From assembly GCA_051294375.1 (NCBI GenBank), contig CM119269.1, forward strand, positions 10,522,883 through 10,586,882: 64,000 nucleotides of DNA, read 5' to 3'. The notes below the pieces were generated by a model. The model made no database searches, was not told the origin of the DNA, and saw only the letters and a program-made list of their open reading frames with translations. Each line of letters opens with the position of its first letter. The first letter of the stretch is position 1. A program made the position numbers and the translations under genes. This DNA is from Paraspadella gotoi (Eukaryota > Animalia > Chaetognatha). This document shows positions 52,235 to 64,000 of the stretch, in pieces.

Positions 52235-53562
52235 GTGCCGCATATCATGTATCTAATGTCTTTTAAAGTCCTCTTTTTATTATTTTGCCCGACTGAGTGC
52301 GGGCGAACGAAAAACAACTTCTTTTTTTTTAGTTAAAAACAAAAAAATGCGTTCGTGATGTACAAACATAATTACGAGACAAAAATTGCATGATTTAAAA
52401 AAAAAAAAATTAAGAAACCAAAAACGCTTCCGTTTTAAATCTTCTTTCTTTCTTTTTTACTATAAACTTTCCTTATCTTTTTTTTTAATCTTTTCGCTCA
52501 TTCACTTTTATCAGAAATGCACTAAAATATTGATTAGATTTGTTGGCATCCCTCTAAAGATATATCACCCGATTGAATGCTTATCTCAAAGAGATTATCT
52601 TTTACAGAGATTAACAGTTTATTTTTAAAAGTCATTTTTAATAGATTTAAAAGCAAGATTTTTTTCCATTAGTGTTTTACAAAATTTTGCTTTTTTAATC
52701 ATTCCAAAAGATGGTGTGTTTCAATATGTTATGACTTGTAAAGATTTACGCCATGTAGGAAATCCTGTGTGTCTCATCGACCGATTATATGGATTCTTAA
52801 ACTTTGACTGTGCCCCTTAGTCATTCATTCGCTTTTCTTGGCTTTGTAGGCAATAGTTAGATTCAGTGATCGCTGGCCTTTCTATTGATGCAAATCCATG
52901 TAAAGATAAGCTATTTTTCTATTTCTTTCTCTATATTCATTTAAAAATACTGAGAAAAATTACTACACTTTTTTGCCGGTATCCACTTATCTGTAATCAA
53001 AGTATGAAAAAAGTTAGTGGAAATCGAAAGAAAAGTACCTCAAAAATAAAAAACACAATATTTTAATCATCAGCGAAATATTTTTTAGGTTTGAATGTTT
53101 TTATAATCTTTAGCCACACTTTCTTTAATGTACTATCGTAACAATAATAAAATATTTCAGTCGGCAGATAATAAAATATTCAAACTCGATATAGTCGATT
53201 CTAATAACAAAATTGAATTCTATTGTTAGATTAAGTATAGCTAATGATAAGCATGATTTTAGCTATTCTATTTGTGCCATAAACTATGAATCTTTGTTGC
53301 TCGTTCCTACGTTCATTTGTTGTTTCAGATGTTTCATAGTATATAGTACATTGTTTAAATTTATGAAACGTTCAGAGGGCTCCTCCATAGTCAATGAGGA
53401 CCTTGTTGTCTTAATTATGGCATTTTAACCGTGTTTTGTGAAGTAATTTTATGAAAAACTGTTTTAATGTTCGTAACATTGAAATTTTTGTTTAAAAAGT
53501 TAAAATGTTTCTTGCTTGCCTAAGATGTAAATTGATCAGAGACTTAATTTTGGTCCAATAAA
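52235..53562 (+). other. Probable mex3 3' UTR with candidate polyadenylation signals
   Basis: AT-rich sequence right after the TAA stop; AATAAA at 53045, 53146, 53170 and 53557. The true end is unknown. Confidence 0.5.
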
Positions 53563-55636
53563 ATATTTTTATTGTACTCAAAAATAATTATGTCATTAGA
53601 AATTTGTCTTTCTTGGATGGTTCCAAAGCATATGTACCTCAGGGAAGTACTCCGGGAATTTTTATGTTTTTTATTTTGATGGCTTGGGTTAAGACTAAGC
53701 TCTCAAATGCATTGACGTTTTAAAAAAATGAGGATAATTCAGCGGGAAACTAATACATGAGAGTTATAAATTATATATTGCTGACAAAATGGACAACATT
53801 AAAATTCCAGAATGTAAAGATGATAACAGAAATAATCCATAATATTCCATTTTAGGTCATTGGATTAAGTAGCTTTTTGCGTAATAACCATAATCAAGCA
53901 GATCTGACATAACTTAATTTTCTAGCTATCCAACGAAGTTGGAATGACTAAATGGATGAGAAATCTTAGCCATTTATAACCTTTACTTATGCTAACTGAC
54001 AACATATAATATTTGCTATTATATTGGATTATAAAGATTGTATGAGAATTTATTTTTTTGCATTAACGTTTTACGTCATCTATGTGCATGGATAAAATGG
54101 ACCAAAATCTTTTTTTTGCTTGAATTCATTGCTATGTGGAACGAATGAATTACTGCTCCTATGAATAGAGCTATATTATATCCTATCAAGTTTGGTTTAA
54201 TTCGCAATATTGATACAATTGATAATCAGTTGTGATTTAAGTCGAAAGAATGGTTAATTAGAAATATGGTGTAATTTTGAGTACGACTTTTTGGAAAAAA
54301 ACATAAAGAGCCTTGGAACTTTGCAAATGGCAGTTAAATAAGTATCTTTTTAAAAATAATTGACAAAATGATACTTCATCGTAATATTTACATAGCAAAA
54401 ATCAAGATGATTTTTTTAAGATATTTTATAACACCTATTCAGCTTTCAAATTTTTCTCATAGCGATTTTATTTTGTGGTAAAGCAAATCAATTTTATTTT
54501 CATTACAATGCAATGCTTTACTATCGTTACTAAAAGTATGTGATCATAGAAACAACATTATTGTAGAGTTTTTCCAAGTGATTTAGAGTTACTGGTTAAT
54601 ATACTAACTGTATTACTTACATGAACTGATTTTAAAAAATATCAAAGGCTATAAGCTAGAAAACAATTTATCGGATCGTTGGGTATTAGACATCGGACTA
54701 CCGCAAGAAGTTGGAATCTGTAATTTACTAGATGATTGTAATGATAACATATAATTTTTAACCATTTTAGGAGTTTTTACTTAAAGAAATGTTCAAATGA
54801 ATGTTCTATCTGAATCTAATAAACTTCTTGTTCAAAAGAACGTCTTCTTAAATTTGTTGTTATTGAAATTCCTCCCACTCCCCCTGAAAAAGGAGTGAAA
54901 TCTTAGAAAAGTTGCGTTTCGAAACTTAATAGCTAGAAAAGAGGGAAGATTTGAGAGTAAGTTACAAAATTAACTATTCGAAAAACAGGAAAAATAAGGT
55001 TTAATAATTTTTGTCAGCTCGGTTGAACGAGAAGGCGGTCGCTCTGTAGTCTGACATTGCTATAAGTTCAGCTCAAAGTCTGAGCTTCTCCGTGAAAAAA
55101 AAAATGCAATCAAGTTGAGCAGAGATTCGAAAGTTCTTTCTGCCGGCGACCGAGAACGCGCAATGGGGACAACGAGTGTAAATCATTAGAGAAGTCTTTC
55201 CTCCGCCTTCCTCCACGCCTCGCTTTAAGTGTTCAGACGACGTCAAAAAGTAAAGACGGGAATTTAAAATAGCATGTTTCCGTAGAATGACTTAACATAG
55301 AAATTCAAGAATGTAATTAGCAAATAAAAATAGGGTTTTTATAATTTTCATTTCTTTTATCGATATTAAAAAAGGAAAGTTAAAAATTACATTGAAATGT
55401 CTTTCTTCTTACCTCCTTCCTCTGACGGCGTCCATTAAGAGAACGGCGCCACCAATCCTGAGCCGAGTCAATCCACGTCACCTAAATTCGATCCACAATC
55501 GAACCGAGTCTCAACTCGCTAATACGTGACGCCGTTGGGCGCTGAGATTTGAAACATAAAAAGGACGAGAGCGAAGACGGGATGCAACTCGGATGGAAGT
55601 CACCTGTGAAGAGGAAGATTGAGAGAGAATGAGGGT

Positions 55637-55724
<88 letters not shown>

Positions 55725-56882
55725 CAACAAAAGAAGGCCTCAAGTTGTGACACGCTTTTGTGCTCGTCCTAATGCAAGAGGGATTTCCCTGAGTTTCTCC
55801 TGACGCGAAACGATTTCCTTCGTTTTTCTAATTCTATAAAAAGATTCATTTCACTGGAGAGAAAAAAAGAAAGAAGAAAGAGAGAGAGAGAGAGANNNNN
55901 NNNNNTATATTTAAATATGACATTTTTTTTTCGATAGTTACTACAAGTCCTTTTTTTCCCCAATCAGTCATTCTGAGGAGAAAAAAAAGTCGTTTTGCGG
56001 AGATTGTTTCGCCGGGAAAAATTAATTTAAATGCATAAGAGGAGAATTTTAATTTTGTAAAAGACTGACGTCCTGATCACGGATAACTTTTTGATGAAAT
56101 TTTCTTTTAGAAAGTGTGTGACGTCACTACCCAGTGATTTACTTTGACTGACAATAATGCGACTGTCGTTAAAGAAATGAACATTACTTAGGTTTTACAA
56201 ACAGTCAAAAAGTCAATAGTCACTCAACAGTCACTGACAGCTTTCTTAACAGAAACTAAACAAACAACAAACGTAACTAATAAATTCACGAATTAGATAA
56301 AATTATGGAAATATAAAGGCAACTGAATCTCGTAGATCTGATGAAGAAAAAAGTGGAGCAACAAACTTTAGATGGTTAATAAAATATCAGTAACTTAAAA
56401 AAAGCGTTCCGGAATCAAAATGAGAAAAAACAATTGTGTTCAATTCTATTATTTATTGTCTACCTACTATCTAGGAAAAATGTACATCACATAATTGTTG
56501 AAAAGTTCATTTATTCAATAAAAAATATAATAAACATGGGTAAATTATTCTCAATATTTAGTACACCCTCCCTCAGTATTGATTACTTACATCAGCAGAT
56601 AACTAAACTTAATAATGCTCTCAAATACTGGAAGTAAAAAAAAATCATGAAAGAAACCGAGCAATAATGAATTAATGATATATAAAATAAGATGTTGAAA
56701 AGAAGGCATGACACAAAGAAACAATCAGAGAAAGGAATGAGGAAAAAAGGAAAGTAAAAAGAGAGAGAGAGACAGATTAAATCAAAAACTGCTCCCTGGG
56801 GTTCTTAGAGGGTTATCATCATGGAATCTAGCAAAGAAACCTCGGACCTAAATTGAGTTGGTACCAGGAAATGAAGGAATTA

Positions 56883-56923
<41 letters not shown>

Positions 56924-57171
56924 TTTTTTTCTCTCTTTCTCTCTGAAAAAATAATGAGAAAGAAACAGAGAGATAAAAAAAAAAGATAAAAATAAAAAGA
57001 AAGAGAAACAGTGAAAGAGAGAGAGAGAAAGAGAGAGAGACAGAGAGAGAGGGAGAAAGGGAGACAGAGAGAGAGACAGACGATGGGTGGAGAAAAGAAT
57101 AAAAGAGAAATGGGAAAAGGGAGGAAAAGAAAATGAAGAGAGAGAAATCGCGGGTGTATGAGGCAAAAGAG

Positions 57172-57210
<39 letters not shown>

Positions 57211-60200
57211 ATTGTTCTTTTTCATTCTTTGAAACGGAATGAATCTTCACGGGTCCCCAGGCAGATGTTCGAGCAGAGAAAAGCTTATGATTGAAAAACG
57301 AGTTTTCATTTTTATCTCGATAGTTGTTTTTCCGATAATAATAACTAAATATCTGATAATGAAATTAATTTTTACACTAAAGAGAAGTGGAGTGGAATTT
57401 TTTATAAATTGTTCGAGTTGCCTCACTTTCTGACTGTTTTTAATAATGGCGACGTTCAAAGGTTCTTTGTTTATTATACAGTTAAATGGTGACGAGGAGA
57501 TAAAAACAATTCGATTCTTTTTTGTAAACAAAGGAGGATAAAACGTAAAATGTGGTTGAAAATATGATAAACAGATCGGGGAACCGTTCGAAGTCGGAGG
57601 TAAATAAACATTGTATAATTTCAAATTCTAACATTATTTAAAATAACCCAGATAGCCTCGGCACCCTTTTTCCCTCTTCTTCAAATTATTCGTCGACGCT
57701 ACTAACGATCTTGAAAAGGGAAACTTGAGACCAAGATGTCGAATCCTCGACAGTTAGACGTCAAGCGGTTCTGCCTCTACGGCGACGCTCGCGTTGCACA
57801 CCACGAAATATAGTAAAATATTGTAAATAAAATTAAAATAATATCAACCGAAAGATCATTTTTTAGAAGATTTCCTATCCCTAGGCCTAACTTAAATCGA
57901 GTTAAAGATCTTTTTTCGTAGCCTGCTGAGTTCTCGGGGTTAAATTTTTTTCTGATTTGACAATTTGGCAAAATTTTGACAAAACTCTTTCCAGCGTCGA
58001 AAATTGTTTGAAATTTTTAAATTCCAACTTTGGTTTCCACGTTTTGTCAGTCTCCACTTTTTTTTTCTTCAATAATGATAATAGTAAAAGGGAAAAAAAG
58101 GGATCGCTTAAAATTCCGCGCTCGCTGCGGGTCCCTCTATTCAAAAGTCGCTCAATCGGTTGAAAGGAAAATTGGCGAAACACGCCCCCTTTTCGCCGAT
58201 CTCTCTCCATTTCTTTTTCTGTCTCTTCCATCTCGGCTGCCTTTTAGTTATACGTCTTTTTATCAAGCCATGACCGGCAAAGCCGGTTCAGGCTNNNNNN
58301 NNNNNNNNNNNNNNNNNNNNNNNNNNNNNNNNNNNNNNNNNNNNNNNNNNNNNNNNNNNNNNNNNNNNNNNNNNNNNNNNNNNNNNNNNNNNNNNNNNNN
58401 NNNNNNNNNNNNNNNNNNNNNNNNNNNNNNNNNNNNNNNNNNNNNNNNNNNNNNNNNNNNNNNNNNNNNNNNNNNNNNNNNNNNNNNNNNNNNNNNNNNN
58501 NNNNNNNNNNNNNNNNNNNNNNNNNNNNNNNNNNNNNNNNNNNNNNNNNNNNNNNNNNNNNNNNNNNNNNNNNNNNNNNNNNNNNNNNNNNNNNNNNNNN
58601 NNNNNNNNNNNNNNNNNNNNNNNNNNNNNNNNNNNNNNNNNNNNNNNNNNNNNNNNNNNNNNNNNNNNNNNNNNNNNNNNNNNNNNNNNNNNNNNNNNNN
58701 NNNNNNNNNNNNNNNNNNNNNNNNNNNNNNNNNNNNNNNNNNNNNNNNNNNNNNNNNNNNNNNNNNNNNNNNNNNNNNNNNNNNNNNNNNNNNNNNNNNN
58801 NNNNNNNNNNNNNNNNNNNNNNNNNNNNNNNNNNNNNNNNNNNNNNNNNNNNNNNNNNNNNNNNNNNNNNNNNNNNNNNNNNNNNNNNNNNNNNNNNNNN
58901 NNNNNNNNNNNNNNNNNNNNNNNNNNNNNNNNNNNNNNNNNNNNNNNNNNNNNNNNNNNNNNNNNNNNNNNNNNNNNNNNNNNNNNNNNNNNNNNNNNNN
59001 NNNNNNNNNNNNNNNNNNNNNNNNNNNNNNNNNNNNNNNNNNNNNNNNNNNNNNNNNNNNNNNNNNNNNNNNNNNNNNNNNNNNNNNNNNNNNNNNNNNN
59101 NNNNNNNNNNNNNNNNNNNNNNNNNNNNNNNNNNNNNNNNNNNNNNNNNNNNNNNNNNNNNNNNNNNNNNNNNNNNNNNNNNNNNNNNNNNNNNNNNNNN
59201 NNNNNNNNNNNNNNNNNNNNNNNNNNNNNNNNNNNNNNNNNNNNNNNNNNNNNNNNNNNNNNCTTGATATTCATTCGGGTGAGCTTCTTGTGACGTAGTC
59301 GTCCGTCGTCGTCGTCGATCCGTCACGCTGTTTTTCCATATAAAAACTACTACGCTTTTATAGGTTTGGGCTGTGACTTACCGTTTTTTTTAAATAAATA
59401 TTAAGAATTATGATAAAGTTTTACAAAAGTGTGCATTCATAGTAAGTTAAAAATTTAGATATGGATTCTCATCTTGAAAATAGCTTTGATATTTTCTTAT
59501 TACAATTTGGATTTAAGTATTTTTTGTTTGAAATTTCCACTTCATTATGATTTACTGGCAATATGCAATGAGATTATAGTACTCATTATTCAATATCCAA
59601 ATTAGTATATAGAAATGCTTTAATCTAATTACATATTGCAGTATATAATATTGAAGATGAAATTCAAAAAAATTTGTCTTTAAATCTCTAATAAAAATGG
59701 AACCTCAAAATAACTTTTTAATGAGAAGCTATATCTTAATTTTAATACAAATAAAAATAAAATCTTTTACAAGCTGCGATTGGAAAAATTGGGAAAATTT
59801 TCAAAATTGAAATCCATTGTTAACATTTTTGCCTTTTTTATTTCTTTTTATTTCTTTTTATTCTTTTATTTCAGAAAAAACGAGTTCAGTCTCTGCAGTG
59901 AACTGTACAGCGCGCCTTCCAGCAGCTGTCCAGCTTTGTCCTCTTCTCTCTCTTTCTCTTTCTTTTGAAAAATTCTGATTATGTTTTTTTTTCTAAAAAC
60001 ATATATATTTTGATCAGGCGCTGCCTTTTCTGAATCGTTTAAAAAAACGAGTTCAGGCTCTCTCTCTCTCTCTCTCCCCTCCGTCTCCTCCCCCCTCTCT
60101 CTCTCTCCTCTCTTTTTTTTTTTTACAAAAATATTCAATTTTTTTTTTTACCACATTTTTTGAAAAATTCTTATTATTTCTTTCCTTCTAAAAACTTTTA

Positions 60201-62294
60201 TTTTCGCATTCTATTCCGCGCTTCTTTTCTCAATACAAAATCCCAAAGGATGGAGGATGTGAGGCGGTGTGAATATACCGCCACACTGCTTATATTCGGT
60301 AGCTCTTTCGTTATTTTTTTCTTAACTTTCAATCTAAGCGACTGCTAGCGGCACCTTTTGTTTTTAAAGACGTAACACGTGATAAGAAAGTCGCTGCGGA
60401 GCAACCCACATTGGGATCTCCTGTTCTTGTTTTTCTTTTGCCTTTCCAAGTCTAGGCCTTTTCAGTTTCTCCTTTACTACTTTCCCTTAACCTTAAAATT
60501 TTTATCCACCTTTTTCTCGCAACCTGAGAAAGTCCAGGTCTTTCTCCTGGTTTGCCTTCCTTGTTCTCCAAACCGAAGCCGACCCCCTTACCACAGCAAA
60601 AAAAAAANNNNNNNNNNNNNNNNNNNNNNNNNNNNNNNNNNNNNNNNNNNNNNNNNNNNNNNNNNNNNNNNNNNNNNNNNNNNNNNNNNNNNNNNNNNNN
60701 NNNNNNNNNNNNNNNNNNNNNNNNNNNNNNNNNNAAAAAAAAAAAAAAAAATCAGTTCGTCGACCGCGACCCAATTCTTTTTCCGGTAAGCGATTCCTTT
60801 CGGCCGGAAAGGCGGGGAAAGGCCGGAAATGGATAGTTTTCGGCGAACGGATTTGCGACCGGAACTGTTCGTGGAGACCGGGGCGATGCGGCGGCGGCGG
60901 CGGCGGCGGNNNNNNNNNNNNNNNNNNNNNNNNNNNNNNNNNNNNNNNNNNNNNNNNNNNNNNNNNNNNNNNNNNNNNNNNNNNNNNNNNNNNNNNNNNN
61001 NNNNNNNNNNNNNNNNNNNNNNNNNNNNNNNNNNNNNNNNNNNNNNNNNNNNNNNNNNNNNNNNNNNNNNNNNNNNNNNNNNNNNNNNNNNNNNNNNNNN
61101 NNNNNNNNNNNNNNNNNNNNNNNNNNNNNNNNNNNNNNNNNNNNNNNNNNNNNNNNNNNNNNNNNACAAATGTTAACACAAGTACGAACGTTAATTGAGA
61201 TTGATGAACCAATGAGGAAAGGCTGAACAACAGGCTGTTTCATGAATACCGCCACAGAATGTCATACTTAATTTTCTCTTAAATTTTTTCAACTCCTTCA
61301 ATTCTATTCCATTTGAATCAATTCTCTTTCTCAGGTATTTCTTCTACCCTTTTTTTTCTCTCACCTAAAATCGGCTTTTAATCGTAAAAAAAAATATAGA
61401 AAGTGAAAGAGACAGAATCACAAAGACAGAATGATGAAAGTCGGAAAAGAGAGTTGGAATTAATAAAGGAAGAAGAAAAAAGAGGGAAAGAAATGGCTGC
61501 CTTGGTTTCCTTTTCTGCCCCTCGAATGTCGCGGAAACGGTTCCAGGCGGCGCACTTAATATCCTTTTCATTAAAACAATCGCCTTAGAATCCCTAATGC
61601 TCTGAGGAGGGAGGAAGGAAAGAGAGAGANNNNNNNNNNNNNNNNNNNNNNNNNNNNNNNNNNNNNNNNNNNNNNNNNNNNNNNNNNNNNNNNNNNNNNN
61701 NNNNNNNNNNNNNNNNNNNNNNNNNNNNNNNNNNNNNNNNNNNNNNNNNNNNNGAATTAGTTTATCTGGAATTGGTGGGTCGTTTTGCGCAAATTCTTGC
61801 GGTGGGACTGACGCATCGAGAAAGGAAAGAAACGAGTTTTCTTTTTTATGTCGTCTCATTTATCTCTCCTCCTTTTCTTCAACTTTCTCTTCTCCTTCTT
61901 CTTCTTCTTCTTCTACTTTTTTTATCTTCTTCCTCTTCTTCTTCTTAGAAATAAACGACCCGCAGTTAAAATCGCGACGTCTCCCCGAAAAAAGAAAAGC
62001 TTTGTTATAAATTCTGATTCGTTGACGTCCTTGAAGATGTCGCTGCTGTCATTTGATGTATTTAACCGGAGAACGAAGCCTTTTAAACGTTTACAATGTT
62101 TGTAATGTAATGCAATGTAATGATTACCCCCAAGTATTCTTTTTATCTAAAGATATTCCACAGTTTTCTTATTTATAAAAATAGGGAGAAAGAGTGAGAG
62201 AGTGAAAGAGAAAGAGAAAGAGAGAGAGGGAAAGCAATAAAAGAGGCCCGTGGCGGTCGCCGACGACCAAATCGAATCATCGATCATGTCGAGA

Positions 62295-62390
62295 TCCTCG
62301 CGCATGCGCGCCAATCGGAGTGAGGTTCGTTTTTGATTCCAGAAACTTGGACCAATCAGAGTCCAACAATAATTTTTTTCGCCAATGATA
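62295..62390. promoter_or_regulatory. Promoter-like motif cluster (NRF1/Ewg palindrome plus three CCAAT boxes)
   Basis: CGCGCATGCGCG at 62299-62310; CCAAT at 62311, 62352 and 62382. Confidence 0.4.
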
Positions 62391-64000
62391 AGTAAGGATA
62401 TATACGTATGTACCCGGAGNNNNNNNNNNNNNNNNNNNNNNNNNAAGACGGGCAGATATAACAATTAAAAACAATAAAATTGCATATTTTTAATTCGCCG
62501 ACGGGATTTTGCGGTGCAGTTATTTTTTTTTTTGTCGCTTATTATGAGCAACCATAGAAATCCGAAAAAAAGATACTGGTAAGGGTAAAAAAACTTTTAT
62601 TACAAAATTCCTAACAACCGTAACCCAATTGCTACGCGTTTTAAAAAATATAATAAAATATTGTTTTTCTTTTCTTTCTTTTCCTTGTTTGTTTATGTAC
62701 AACGAGTTTTTATTAGAAACAAATTTTTGGACATGTTTTCGCTTCAAATGTAAACTTTTATTAGCGGCAAAAATGAATTGATTTGTGAAAAATATTTTCA
62801 TCAACAGAACTTTGAAAATTTGAAGAAAGAGAGAGAAAAAAAGAGTGAAAATATTTGTTTCACAATCAATTCGTTTTGGCGCTGAGGAAAGTTTACATTA
62901 AAGCTGAACATGTCGAAAATTTTGTTTCTTTATGGTTCCGCGTACAAACGTTGCATTTAGGAAAAAACGACTCTTTCCACTATTGTTCAGTTGTACTTAC
63001 AATGTTGATTAACTTTGTCACCACAACACAATTAAGGACCGAACGAAGGATTGGTTAAAACCAACTGCCACCCCATTTCTAATGATAAAATAGTACCATT
63101 TTGGCAAATTTTAGCTCAAAAAAATTATGTCCATTTTTGTTACCATTTTTACTTACGACTTCTGATTTGAATGCCAAGGAAAGTTGAGAAATTTTTTTTA
63201 CTTTTGGAAATCCGTCTTTCTTATCTATTTTCTTTACGCTCTGGTAAGATTTATTAGCTTAACATCATATTATAGTTGCCTAATAATTAATTTAAAGTTA
63301 ACAAGTCCAAAAAGTTGGAGTTTCAATCTTTATCATAATTTGTTAAACAAAAAATAAATCAAAAATTGGTTGAAATTAACAGAAAATGTAGCCTATTGAA
63401 TAAGCTTTTAACCACGCTATAAAATTCCCAAAAACTTTTCTGGTTAGCCACAAATAATTTTTTAAAGACGTCTTTTAATTTTGTGACTTTTTGTGACTTG
63501 CATTTTTTTTGAATAAAGAGAATATTTTCAAACTCATTTATTAGTTTTTAAAAGATGAGGTACATACTGACCTTGATTATCAAAAAAACCGCATCCTTTA
63601 ATCCAACTGGAAAGCATCAGGACTTGTTTTTCTCAAAAATCGACAGATTTTGCCGGAAAAAATTTTACGCAAAATCTGTCGATTTACTAAATTTTGCAGG
63701 CAATCCAAATGAAAGAAAAATCATGCGCTACCATTCCAATTTTCTTTCTTATAATGCTTATTAAAGAACTTTCTTTGATTTGGCTCAATGTAAATGTAGG
63801 TGACAGTGAAGACGAAAGGGAAAACTATAAAAAGAGAAGGGGAGAGAAATGAAAGGAGAGGGTGAGGAGGCAAAAAAAACGAAGCAAATGGGGAAAAAAT
63901 ATGAAACCAATAATTGTTAAGGTAAGAAAGGAGGGGAAAATTGAAGAAAAAAGAGGGGAAAAAAAGGGAAAGAATGAAATGAGAAAAAAGGTGAGGAAAG

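Noticed and set aside
52640-52682. MEX-3 recognition element-like words in the mex3 3' UTR (autoregulation)
   Set aside because: The degenerate motif is expected by chance in AT-rich sequence.
58030-59326. Long ORFs of 328-422 aa
   Set aside because: They consist almost entirely of N-gap X residues.

Overview
Eukaryotic (invertebrate animal, possibly arthropod) scaffold segment. It is rich in (GA)n/(CT)n and (CGT)n microsatellites and has many N gaps. The one securely identified gene is a MEX-3-family RNA-binding E3 ligase on the + strand, with three exons (48280-48510, 49654-49899, 50100-52234) encoding the rest of KH1, KH2, a very long low-complexity linker and a C-terminal RING. Its first coding exon is not visible in the window. 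A second, unidentified gene probably starts near 3 kb on the - strand (promoter-like motifs, two overlapping uORFs, splice acceptor plus ATG), but it lies in a noisy ~2.4 kb fold-back. Positions 37.8-43.6 kb are a mosaic of decayed Ty3/Gypsy pol fragments, a genuinely diverged ~1.1 kb palindrome with tRNA-like heads, and indel-rich re-copies. Several duplications and fold-backs, together with five 25-N gaps, point to gap filling with raw long reads. I found no prokaryote-type system (CRISPR, operon). The most interesting leads are alternative splice acceptors in mex3, one of them with a reading frame set by microsatellite length.
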